Shown here: positions 18,346-26,865 of the stretch, piece by piece
How positions within the stretch are numbered: position 1 is the stretch's first letter
How the letters are laid out: every line of letters begins with the position of its first letter
Assembly: GCA_016179685.1 (NCBI GenBank)
Contig: JACPCR010000051.1
Coordinates: forward strand, 70,323-134,322
DNA length: 64,000 nt
Direction: 5' to 3'
Origin: Planctomycetota bacterium
GTDB taxonomy: Bacteria; Planctomycetota; PUPC01; JACPCR01
Made by a program: the position numbers and the translations under genes
The notes under the pieces: generated by a model
What the model saw: the letters and a program-made list of their open reading frames with translations, nothing else
Database searches by the model: none
Told to the model about the DNA's origin: nothing

Positions 18346-20709
18346 CTACTCCAGGCGGCTGACGACCTCGTCGCCTTCGAGGATTTCGCGGACGGTGAAG
18401 GCTTCGAGGACGCGAGCGGAGGACATTTCAGCGTCGAGGATTTTGGTGACCTCGACGGCGCCGACGAACTCGCCACGCCGGTAAACATAGAACTGGGTCT
18501 TCTTGCGCAATCCGTGCTTGCGCCCGAGGTCCAGCATGACGAGCCTGACGTCGGGCTTGACGGCGAGCACCTTACCCTGGAGGGACCGGGCGTCGCTCGG
18601 CGCAGGCCGCGCGGCGCCCGGGAAGGCCGCGTTCGGGACGTGCTGGCTCGCCCATTCGAGGTATCGCTCCACGATCTCCTGTTTGCGGGCCGGGGACTCC
18701 GCGGCCAGAAAGTTGAAGTCCTGTCCCGTGATCTTCACCAGCAACGAGGCGGCCTTCTCCGATACGAAAACCTGATCGTCCTGGAGCGCCTTGGCCAGGC
18801 CCGGAACGAGCCAGGGGTCCCTGACCTGCGAGAGCAAACCGATGGCCTTGGAACGGATGAATCCGTTGGGGTGTTCCAGCATGGCGGTGAGCGCCGGCAC
18901 GCCAGCTTGGTCGCCCTGCCGCAGGAGCTCCTCCGCGGCGAACGCCCGGATGAAGACGTCCTCGTCCTCGAGGGCATCGCGCAGAACATTCGAGAGGGCG
19001 TCCGCTCCGAACTGGGTGAGCAGCTTGATCGCCTGGAGGCGATCTTGCGTATTGCCATGCCGGAAGGCCTCGAGGAGAATCTCATCCGTATGGAAGCCGC
19101 CGCCACCTTCCTGGTAGATGGGGAGGTATCGGTAATAGACCTCGAGGTTGAGTATTGCCAGGGTCGTCGAGTAGACGCGGCCGCCGACGGCGCCGAACCA
19201 GCGATCGTCCGGGTCCCAGCTCCCGTGGGCGTGTCCGCCGCGCCGCTGGCGCTCGCAGAGCATATCGCGCAAATTGGCGTTCCAGACCTTCCAGGCGTCT
19301 CCGCCGTGCTGGTAGAGGGCGAGGGTGGCGTAGTACCAGTAGTACATGGTGTTGAACGACATGGTGGAGAGCGCCTTCCAGGAGGGGAGTTCCTGGAGAA
19401 TGAGGCGGGCCTGGCGCTCGAAGACCGGGTCCGTGCGAGGCCAGCCGAGGAACTCGCGGCAGAGCATGCCGACGGCGACCATGCCCACGCCTTTACGGCC
19501 CTGCCCGAGGTCGCGGTTGGCGTAGATCACCTCGCCCGAGCTTTGAGTCATCTGGTCGAAGTGCTGGATGGCGCCAAAGAGCGTCACCCAGGGAATGGCG
19601 ATGTCCGCCGCCGCCGCGGACTTCAGGGTCATGACCATCCAGCCGGTGATCGAGGTGTCGCTGCGGCCCGTGCTGGCCGTCGTGTAGTCCCAGCCGCCGC
19701 TGGCCTGCTGGCTCGTGTGGATGAACAGGATGGCCCGGCGCAGGGGCTCCTTCAGCGCCTCGTCCCGCGTCATCGCATAGGCCTCCGCGAGCGCCAGAGC
19801 AGCGATCCCGTGGTTGTACATCACGTGGCTGTGCTTCTGGCCGAAGCCGCCGTCTTCCTTCTGGGACGCCAGAAGAAACTGCAGGCCGCGATACACCGTG
19901 TCCCGGTAGTCACCCTCCTGGTGGGTGTGATTCCCGCCGAGGAAGCAGAGCAAGGCCAGGCCGGTCATCGCGGGATCGAAATTGCGGGTGTTCGTGCCGA
20001 CCCCGCTGCACCGATCGCCCGCGGGGCACTGTTCCTCGAAAAGCCACGTGCTCCAGGCCCCCGCACGGTTCTGATGCCTTGCCAGCCAGGCCAGGCCCAG
20101 GGACACGGCATTCTCCGAGGCCTCGGAGCCGCCGCCGCGCTGCAGGGCCGACCGCTTGCCTTCTCCGGACCGACCCTGGAACAAATTGAACTTCGGCGTC
20201 TCCTGGCCGCCTGACGCCTGTGGCTTGAGCCCGATCACCTCCGTTGCGGCTGGCGTCTCCAGAATGCCAAACTGGGCCAGCACCACCGGGTCCTCCTTCG
20301 AAAATTTCGCTGGCGGCTGAGGCTTCTCCTCCGGCTTCGGCTCGGGCTTCTCCTCCGGCTTCGGCTCGGGCACGGTCTCTTCGTTCCTCTCCGGAACAAC
20401 GATGTCTCGGATTTCCTCCAGGGGCGACTCGGGGATCGGCGGCGGCGGCGGCGGCTTCTCCTCCTCCCGAATTCTGAGGTAGACGATCAGGTCCTGCACG
20501 GGAGGCAGCCGCTTCCACCACACCACGTTCATGAAGAGCAAGAAGACCAGCCCGTGAGTGAGGAGGGAGAGGCTGAACAACGCCCCGGGCAGAAACTGTC
20601 GAAACCTCTGCCGCAGGCTGGGCAGGTGAGGGCCGCAAGGTGCGCTTTCGGCCTTGCGTTCCCGTCCGTTCGAGTGCGGCGGCGTGCGGATTGCCGGATC
20701 ACTGGGCAC
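18346..20709 (-). CDS. TM-anchored protein with Pro/Glu/Lys-rich linker, prenyltransferase-like alpha-toroid repeats and HEAT repeats (paralogue of 11260..13818)
   Basis: TM ALFSLSLLTHGLVFLLFMNVVWW; KPEEKPEPKPEEKPQPP linker; repeats LQFLLASQKEDGGFGQ, IHTSQQASGGWDY; HEAT (IRAFAAEELLRQGDQAGVPAL...). Stop lies 3 nt before the downstream gene's start. Confidence 0.7.
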   Translation of the reverse strand: MPSDPAIRTPPHSNGRERKAESAPCGPHLPSLRQRFRQFLPGALFSLSLLTHGLVFLLFMNVVWWKRLPPVQDLIVYLRIREEEKPPPPPPIPESPLEEIRDIVVPERNEETVPEPKPEEKPEPKPEEKPQPPAKFSKEDPVVLAQFGILETPAATEVIGLKPQASGGQETPKFNLFQGRSGEGKRSALQRGGGSEASENAVSLGLAWLARHQNRAGAWSTWLFEEQCPAGDRCSGVGTNTRNFDPAMTGLALLCFLGGNHTHQEGDYRDTVYRGLQFLLASQKEDGGFGQKHSHVMYNHGIAALALAEAYAMTRDEALKEPLRRAILFIHTSQQASGGWDYTTASTGRSDTSITGWMVMTLKSAAAADIAIPWVTLFGAIQHFDQMTQSSGEVIYANRDLGQGRKGVGMVAVGMLCREFLGWPRTDPVFERQARLILQELPSWKALSTMSFNTMYYWYYATLALYQHGGDAWKVWNANLRDMLCERQRRGGHAHGSWDPDDRWFGAVGGRVYSTTLAILNLEVYYRYLPIYQEGGGGFHTDEILLEAFRHGNTQDRLQAIKLLTQFGADALSNVLRDALEDEDVFIRAFAAEELLRQGDQAGVPALTAMLEHPNGFIRSKAIGLLSQVRDPWLVPGLAKALQDDQVFVSEKAASLLVKITGQDFNFLAAESPARKQEIVERYLEWASQHVPNAAFPGAARPAPSDARSLQGKVLAVKPDVRLVMLDLGRKHGLRKKTQFYVYRRGEFVGAVEVTKILDAEMSSARVLEAFTVREILEGDEVVSRLE

Positions 20710-20712
20710 GGC

Positions 20713-22152
20713 TTACAACTCCACGTAGCGCTTCCAGAGCTTCTCCAGCTCCAGGAGAGTCGGGATGCGGTAGAGGGTCTGGAGCGAGGGGGCCAGCTCC
20801 TTTCCGGAAGAGAGGGCTTCAAGGAGCTGAAGAAGACGCTCGCGGCCTCCCTGCTCGTGATCGAGATAATCCACGAGGGTGAAGGCCTGGCCGTAGAAAA
20901 TCTCGCGCTGCTCCTTGGGAATCTGCACTGCGTTCTTTCGGAAAAGTTCCACGAGGGAGAAGGCGGCGCCTCTATCGATCCACTCGCGAGTCCGGTCGTA
21001 ATATAATTCGCAACCCCATTCCTGGCGCACGGCCAGGCCCTCATCGAGCCAGGACGGGATACGGCGGTATCGGCGGTAGAGTGTTGCATGCGCCAACTCG
21101 TGGGGCAGCACGGAACGCAGCAGACGCGGCGCGGTCTGGTAGAGGAGGACCTTTCTTGCCTCCTCACAGAAGCCCAGGGTGCCGGCCCGGCCCGTGGCCT
21201 GAACATATTCCGCCTCGTCACGGTAAATCCAGATCGTATAAGGCTCAGAGTCCTCGGGAAGTCCGTACTCCGTCTCCAGACGCGGCAGAAGATTCTCGGC
21301 CACCGCGGCCGCTTCACGGGCCAAATCCGCCTGGTGGTGCAAGATAACTACCCGGCTCGAAGAATGGCGTTCCCAGCCGCCCGGCATTGCTGGTTTGTAG
21401 CGGGAATCGGATTCGGCAGCTTCCGCGCCCGGGCCCGTGACGACCATGTGCTTCTGGATGAAACCGCGGAGCAGGTCCAGCCGGCCATTGAACTGTTCGG
21501 GCTGGACTTGGGGGTATCGGCTCACAATGGCCAGGTACTGTTCCCGGGCTTCCTCGACACGTCCCAGGCTTTCCTGACGCAGCCCGAGCTGGTAACGGGC
21601 ATGGTCGTTGTCCGGGTCGGCCTCGATCGCCTTGCGGTAACCTTCGATCTCTCGTCCGATTCGCCGGCACGCGCGGTTCGTTTCCTCGGCAAGCCGCCGG
21701 CCCTCGGGATGTTCCGGGTCGGCCTCGAGGAGGGCATCGAAGACGCGGCGGGCGTCCCCGAATCGGCGCTGGCCCAGCAGGCCCTGGCCGGCCTCGAGAA
21801 GCCCAAGCTCCAGAAGCTTTTTCTTCTCGGGGTCCTGGTCGAATTTCTCGATGCCCTCCCGGTAGACCGTTTCGGCCTGGCTGAAGTCCTTTTTCTTCAG
21901 CAAGGCCCATCCGTAGCCGACGTAGCGTTCGAAGGGACGCGAGGCATCCGTCTTTTGAATGTCGTCGCGGCGAAGTCGGAGGCGGCCGGACGGGACGAGG
22001 ACCTCGACGCCTTCCTCATTTTCCGCGGCGATGCGGCCCTCGACCTGATTGCCGTTGAGCAGGGTCACCAGGTCCTGGGCGCTCGCCGGCCCGGCGAGGA
22101 TCAGCGCCGCGATCGCGATCATGAAGTCCATGCTGAAGTCCGGGTTTGTCAA
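20713..22152 (-). CDS. Secreted TPR-repeat protein with C-terminal HEXXH (MA-clan, DUF1570-like) metallopeptidase domain
   Basis: Signal peptide MDFMIAIAALILAGPASAQD; TPR-like repeats; LPHELAHATLY...LDEGLAVRQE zinc-peptidase motif. Confidence 0.65.
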   Translation of the reverse strand: MTNPDFSMDFMIAIAALILAGPASAQDLVTLLNGNQVEGRIAAENEEGVEVLVPSGRLRLRRDDIQKTDASRPFERYVGYGWALLKKKDFSQAETVYREGIEKFDQDPEKKKLLELGLLEAGQGLLGQRRFGDARRVFDALLEADPEHPEGRRLAEETNRACRRIGREIEGYRKAIEADPDNDHARYQLGLRQESLGRVEEAREQYLAIVSRYPQVQPEQFNGRLDLLRGFIQKHMVVTGPGAEAAESDSRYKPAMPGGWERHSSSRVVILHHQADLAREAAAVAENLLPRLETEYGLPEDSEPYTIWIYRDEAEYVQATGRAGTLGFCEEARKVLLYQTAPRLLRSVLPHELAHATLYRRYRRIPSWLDEGLAVRQEWGCELYYDRTREWIDRGAAFSLVELFRKNAVQIPKEQREIFYGQAFTLVDYLDHEQGGRERLLQLLEALSSGKELAPSLQTLYRIPTLLELEKLWKRYVEL

Positions 22153-22178
22153 TGAATGACCGAGAAAAACCGCAATGC

Positions 22179-22211
22179 AATCCGCTGCGCCCTCCAGACA
22201 CCGCGGATTTC
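22179..22211 (-). repeat. Family-1 hairpin unit, diverged, reverse orientation
   Basis: AATCCGCTGCGCCCTCC...CGCGGATTTC matches the reverse complement of GAAATCCGCGCAGCCCGGAGGGCGCAGCGGATTTC. Confidence 0.55.
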
Positions 22212-22268
22212 AGAGCACGCCGAGTATCCCTGTCCAGAAGTGCAGGTGCAGTGACGAACTCGTCACTC

Positions 22269-22348
22269 AAGGCGGGCGAAGCCCGCGACCCAACAAGGCT
22301 CGGAAAGGTGTCAGGTGTCAGGAAACACCTGACACCTGACACCTTTCC
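22269..22348 (+). repeat. Family-2 element ending in a perfect 21-bp-stem hairpin (GGAAAGGTGTCAGGTGTCAGG-AAACA-CCTGACACCTGACACCTTTCC)
   Basis: Perfect inverted repeat read directly; preceded by the GCGGGCGAAGCCCGC mini-hairpin; about 45 nt downstream of the 22388 gene's stop. Confidence 0.8.
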
Positions 22349-22387
22349 ATATTTCCGCGCGGCGCGGAGAGAATACGCCCTGAGACT

Positions 22388-23932
22388 CTATGGCCCACCT
22401 TCCCCGTCACCCCACGAGTTGGGGGCCACCGTCTCGCGGATGAATTCCACCAGGTCGTCGCCGGTGATCCCCTCCTCGCCCCCGCCCTCGTCCCCGAAGA
22501 GGCCGCCATCTCCGCCGCCGCCGCCGCCACCACCACCCTCTGAAATGGTCGGCAGGCCCGTGCCCTGGAAGTCCGGAATCTGCGCCAGGAGGTCACGCAC
22601 GTCATAGATGCGCATCACACCCGCCTCCTCCAGGCGGTCCGAGGTGGAGATATAAATCGCTTCGTCCCGGAGCACATACTTCAGGTTTACCAGGCGCAGA
22701 ATCCACTCCATCGCGGCGGACAGGCGCATGTCGTTCACCCGCAGGGTCACCGAAGCGTCTCCTCCACCGGTCGCCTGCGGGTCCAACACGATGTTGACGC
22801 CCGTGAGATTCTGCAGGAAGGCCATGACGTCCTGGAGCGGCGTGTCGACAAAATCGAAGGAGACTCTCTTTTCCATCTGCTGGAGGATGCCTTTTTTCCA
22901 TTCCGAGACCTCCTCCGGCGGGGCCACGCTGGTCGGGCGTTTCTGGGCGATATCGCCCCAGTTCGCCGGGAACTGGGCAAGCTGGTTTTCCGGCTTCGAG
23001 GCCTCCGTCACGCTCGTCATCAATTCATCACCTCCCGTTTTCGTCTCGGACGTAGCCCTCTCCTGGCGCTCGTTCGACCGGATACGCTGGAGCTGGCCCT
23101 TAAGCTCCCGGACCTCCGCATTGAGCGGGTCCACCGCGAGAAGCTCATCGATCAAGTTCATCGCCAAGATGTAATTCTCCGATTCCATGGCCGCCCGGGC
23201 GCGATTGAGCATCATCCTCGTACGGGTCTCCACCAGGCTGCGCTGGCGGCGAGTCTCTTCCGAGAGCACCGCCCGGGCCTGTTCCGAGGCCTCCTTATCC
23301 CGTCTGATCTCTTGCTCCTGTAGAGCCTGGCGGCACCGAGCCAGGGACTCGCTGGCCTCCTTCGCCAGGGCCTCCACCCCGGCCACCTTCGGAATCCACC
23401 GGGCCAGTGAAATCGCCTCGTCGAAGGCATCCGCCGCTTCTAGAGTCTTACCCTGGTCGAGAAGCTCCCTGCCCTGAACCAGGATGCGGTCCAACTCGTC
23501 CTTCGTCATCTCCTCCGTAATCTTTTTCTCAGCCATCATCCGTTCCAGGATGCTCTCGGGGTCCATCGAAGCTTCCATTCCGGCAAGCCTTCGGGCCTCG
23601 CGCGCCATCTTCCGCGCTTCTTCATGCTTGGGGTCCAAGTCGAGCGCTTTGCGAAACGATTGAAGGGCCTCTTTGTAAAGCCTTTCGTTGAAAAACTTCT
23701 GGCCATTTTCATAGAAATGCTGGGCCATGAACTCCCGTTCCTTGCGCCGGACTTGCTCCTGCTGGGCAAGCTGGTTGAGAAGTTGCTTGGCCCGCTCGAT
23801 CTTGGTCTCCTCTTCCGGTGATCTGACCTGGGCCGTTTCCTCTTGGGCCTTGGGAGCCTGCCCGGGATGGAACAAGGAGGCCAAGAGCATGGCCCATGCC
23901 GCTCGGCTCAGTGAATATTTTTTGCTCGTCAT
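22388..23932 (-). CDS. Secreted coiled-coil/TPR-like protein with secretin/TonB N-terminal (STN/N0-like) domain and Gly-rich C-terminus
   Basis: Signal peptide; STN/N0-like segment VSFDFVDTPLQDVMAFLQNLTGVNIVLDP...YVLRDEAIYIST; C-terminal GGGGGGGGGDGG tract. Confidence 0.55.
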   Translation of the reverse strand: MTSKKYSLSRAAWAMLLASLFHPGQAPKAQEETAQVRSPEEETKIERAKQLLNQLAQQEQVRRKEREFMAQHFYENGQKFFNERLYKEALQSFRKALDLDPKHEEARKMAREARRLAGMEASMDPESILERMMAEKKITEEMTKDELDRILVQGRELLDQGKTLEAADAFDEAISLARWIPKVAGVEALAKEASESLARCRQALQEQEIRRDKEASEQARAVLSEETRRQRSLVETRTRMMLNRARAAMESENYILAMNLIDELLAVDPLNAEVRELKGQLQRIRSNERQERATSETKTGGDELMTSVTEASKPENQLAQFPANWGDIAQKRPTSVAPPEEVSEWKKGILQQMEKRVSFDFVDTPLQDVMAFLQNLTGVNIVLDPQATGGGDASVTLRVNDMRLSAAMEWILRLVNLKYVLRDEAIYISTSDRLEEAGVMRIYDVRDLLAQIPDFQGTGLPTISEGGGGGGGGGDGGLFGDEGGGEEGITGDDLVEFIRETVAPNSWGDGEGGP

Positions 23933-25317
23933 GGCTTGCCTCCTGTCTTACGAACGATCCGCGCTGCATAACCTCCCACGCCTGCATGGTCATGGGGAAA
24001 GAACCACTGTTCGCCGTCCAAGTCAAAAGCAGGATTTCTAGCGAGAAAGGATTGGACGATTCCTGGACATTCCTCCTCTTCGATGGAACAGGTGGAATAG
24101 ACCATAACACCGGATGGCATAAGAAGTTGAGATGCAGATTCCAGTACGCGTGACTGCAATCCCATCAGAGCCTCCAGGTCACCTGGCCTCAGACGGTGGC
24201 GCGCCTCCACACGCCTGGTCAACTCCCCGGAATTTGAACACGGGACATCGACCAGAATCCTGGAAAACCGCCGGCGCAGCCAGCTTCCGAGCTGCGTGGC
24301 GTCGGCTACCAAGCTCGATACATTCATTATACGAAGCCGTGTCATGTTTTCCTTCAGTTTTCCCAAGCGCTGGAAGGAGTTATCCACTCCGACGACTCGA
24401 CCCGTGGGACCGGTCAGATCGGCCAGATGCACTGTCTTGACGCCCGGCGCGGCGCAAACATCAAGGATTTCCATGCCCGGGCGTACTTGAAGGGCCTGGA
24501 CCGACCGTGCGGACGCCGGGCCCTGAACGACGAGCCGACCTTCGGCGAAGCCGGGCAGATCGGTGACTCTGCCAGCATGGGGAATGATGAACATGCCGGG
24601 CAAGTCGGGGACCGGTTGGAAGGAGGGAGGTATATCCTGGCTGCCACGCCAGCGTATGCAAAGGGGGGGCGTTTCGTTGTTCGACCGGCAGATGTGCTCG
24701 GCGACGTCCCGGCCGAATCGCTGAATCCATCGCTCCACGAGCCAGCGCGGATGCCCTTGAGTCAGGGCCAGGTGGCCCGCAGAGTCCTCGTCGGGCGAGG
24801 GGAAGAGCGGCCGGTTGAAGCGGACACAACGTCCTGCCGGGCAGGGCAGAATGAAACGAGGGTCACCAGGCATCGGTTCATTCTGTTCGGGTATGACGAC
24901 CATTCGCAGGAGGGATCGGAGGACGGCATTGGCGAATCCGGCGGCCTTCTTTCCCGCCAGGGAGCGGGCGAGGCTGACGGTTTCATGAACCGCGGCGGCC
25001 GGTGGAACACGCTCAAGGTAAAGAACCTGGTAGAGTCCAAGGCGGAGAACGTCCAGGACAGGGGGCTGGATATGACCACAGCGCCGGCCGCTGGCGCTTT
25101 CGAGAAGATGGTCCAGCGTGATCCGTTGCCGGACGACGCCATAGGCCAGCTCGGTGGCCAGTCGGCGGTCTCGGGACGACAGCTCACGGCGATTCAGCGC
25201 CTGGTCGAGAGCCTCCCTGGCCCATGTGCCCTGTTCCCGCATCTCGGCAAGGACTTCAATGGCGGTGGCCCGGGCGGGCGAAGACAGGTGGAGTGGATGA
25301 GAACCATTGCGCTTCAT
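23929..25317 (-). CDS. rsmB: 16S rRNA (cytosine-C5)-methyltransferase RsmB/Sun
   Basis: NusB-like N-domain plus SAM methyltransferase core (ILDVCAAPGVKT...VDVPCSNSG...YSTCS). Confidence 0.85.
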   Translation of the reverse strand: MKRNGSHPLHLSSPARATAIEVLAEMREQGTWAREALDQALNRRELSSRDRRLATELAYGVVRQRITLDHLLESASGRRCGHIQPPVLDVLRLGLYQVLYLERVPPAAAVHETVSLARSLAGKKAAGFANAVLRSLLRMVVIPEQNEPMPGDPRFILPCPAGRCVRFNRPLFPSPDEDSAGHLALTQGHPRWLVERWIQRFGRDVAEHICRSNNETPPLCIRWRGSQDIPPSFQPVPDLPGMFIIPHAGRVTDLPGFAEGRLVVQGPASARSVQALQVRPGMEILDVCAAPGVKTVHLADLTGPTGRVVGVDNSFQRLGKLKENMTRLRIMNVSSLVADATQLGSWLRRRFSRILVDVPCSNSGELTRRVEARHRLRPGDLEALMGLQSRVLESASQLLMPSGVMVYSTCSIEEEECPGIVQSFLARNPAFDLDGEQWFFPHDHAGVGGYAARIVRKTGGKP

Positions 25318-25326
25318 GGCATGCGA

Positions 25327-25370
25327 GTAGAGGAGCTCGCAGGTGCATCCGCACTTGCGAGCTCCTCTAC
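25327..25370 (+). repeat. Family-3 hairpin: conserved core GCAGGTGCA-NCC-GCACTTGC with a 20-bp stem and one G.T pair
   Basis: GTAGAGGAGCTCGCAGGTGCATCCGCACTTGCGAGCTCCTCTAC between the divergent rsmB and C13-peptidase starts. Confidence 0.7.
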
Positions 25371-25520
25371 CAGGGTTCAGGCCTGGCCGTTCAACATCGA
25401 ACGGGGTTCATTGAAACAGAAAGCCGCATCAGCGACAACACGCGTGAAATACGTGTCCCAAAAGCGGGAATGCCCACTGGCAGAAGAACATGGCATAGAG
25501 TTTGCCAAGTAGTTTTCATC

Positions 25521-26462
25521 ATGCCAAGGAATGTACTACGTCGATACAAGAAACATGATCATCCGTTCATTCCAGGTGGGAGTGCGCCAAGGTATTTCCA
25601 TCCCGAGCGACTGGTGGCCGCTGTTTTCCTCATTTTCCTTCTGCTCTGCGGGCTGCCTGCCGAGGAGAGCAAAGCGCTACTGGCTCTGGCGGCCTCCTCG
25701 CCCGGTGTATCCAGGAATCCTGTGAGCGGGGCCATCACGCCGGGCCTGGCCTACGCGGGGCAGGAATGGGCCCTGCTGGTGACTGGGTGTTTCTTCGAAA
25801 AAATCTTTCACAACTCTATAGACTTGGCGTACGATGCGCTCCTGCGATACGGCTATGATCCGAACCGCGTGATGATCGTATCGCCTATCGATCCTCGTTC
25901 CAACGAGCACCTTCACCAGGGCCTCCACTTCGAATCGAGACTGGGCGAGCTGCAGCGCGCTTTGAAGTGTCTGAGCGACCGAATCGGCGAGAACGACCAT
26001 TTATTGATCTATGTGATTACGCATGGCGGGCGCAAGAAGGGTGAATATTCCGTGCAGGTAACGGAGACCTTTCACATCTCGGCGGCTGCGTTCAGCCGGG
26101 AAGTTCTCCGGATTCCAGCACGCCGGATTCTGGCGGTCATCAACTCGTGTTATTCCGGCGGTTTCGGCCGAGTCCTGTGGCAAACCGCAAGAAAGGCAGG
26201 CAGGGACATAGTTGTAGCGACCTCGACGGATGGTTTCGCGGAGGTTGCTGGCTACCAGTTCGGGCTTCACTTCTGGGGTGCGTTAAACGACCCAGAATGC
26301 GACCTGGACGAGGACGGGCGGGTGAGTTTCGAGGAGGCGTTCCGTGCGGCGGTCAGGCCCGGGCCGGGTTGGGAGGCGTGTTCTAACCCCGGGCCTTTCG
26401 GCTATGCCCGCGCACAGTATTGGGATTCGACGACCTCCTCCCTGGGCGTCACTTCTCAATAA
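25521..26462 (+). CDS. Membrane-anchored C13 (legumain-like, clan CD caspase-fold) peptidase
   Basis: N-terminal TM LVAAVFLIFLLLCGL; catalytic His-Gly (YVITHGG) and Cys (INSCYSGGF) dyad spaced as in clan CD. Confidence 0.65.
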   Translation: MPRNVLRRYKKHDHPFIPGGSAPRYFHPERLVAAVFLIFLLLCGLPAEESKALLALAASSPGVSRNPVSGAITPGLAYAGQEWALLVTGCFFEKIFHNSIDLAYDALLRYGYDPNRVMIVSPIDPRSNEHLHQGLHFESRLGELQRALKCLSDRIGENDHLLIYVITHGGRKKGEYSVQVTETFHISAAAFSREVLRIPARRILAVINSCYSGGFGRVLWQTARKAGRDIVVATSTDGFAEVAGYQFGLHFWGALNDPECDLDEDGRVSFEEAFRAAVRPGPGWEACSNPGPFGYARAQYWDSTTSSLGVTSQ

Positions 26463-26533
26463 AATTCAGGCAAGTTGAGGCGGTCGTATCTGTAAGTAGC
26501 AATAAATCAAATGGGCCAGCGGTTGACCCGAAC

Positions 26534-26827
26534 TTATCGAAAGGTTAGGGCGCGATCAGAAATCCGGGACTGCAAGGCGGCATAGAAGACCAGCACCTCC
26601 CCGCCCAGCACCTCCAGGCCGTGCCGCACACCAGCGGGGATGTCCACTCGATCGCCCGGGCCCAGCTCCCTCTGTCCCGCACCTATCGCTACCCGCGCGC
26701 GGCCGGAAACAATCCAAAGAACCTCATCCCGGGCATGCACCGTTCCGGGATAGATCGTGCCAGGCGGCGCGTCCCACCAGGTCGGCACGAAACCCTCGGC
26801 CTCCAGCGTCTTCCGGATCGCCTCCAT
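26534..26827 (-). CDS. Cupin-domain protein
   Basis: About 97 aa; GPGDRVDIPAGVRHGLEV cupin motif. The longer ORF 26534..27241 was rejected because it overlaps the methyltransferase. Confidence 0.6.
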   Translation of the reverse strand: MEAIRKTLEAEGFVPTWWDAPPGTIYPGTVHARDEVLWIVSGRARVAIGAGQRELGPGDRVDIPAGVRHGLEVLGGEVLVFYAALQSRISDRALTFR

Positions 26828-26865
26828 TTCCGCAAACCGGTCAGGCCCGGCAACTTCTGGCTGGC

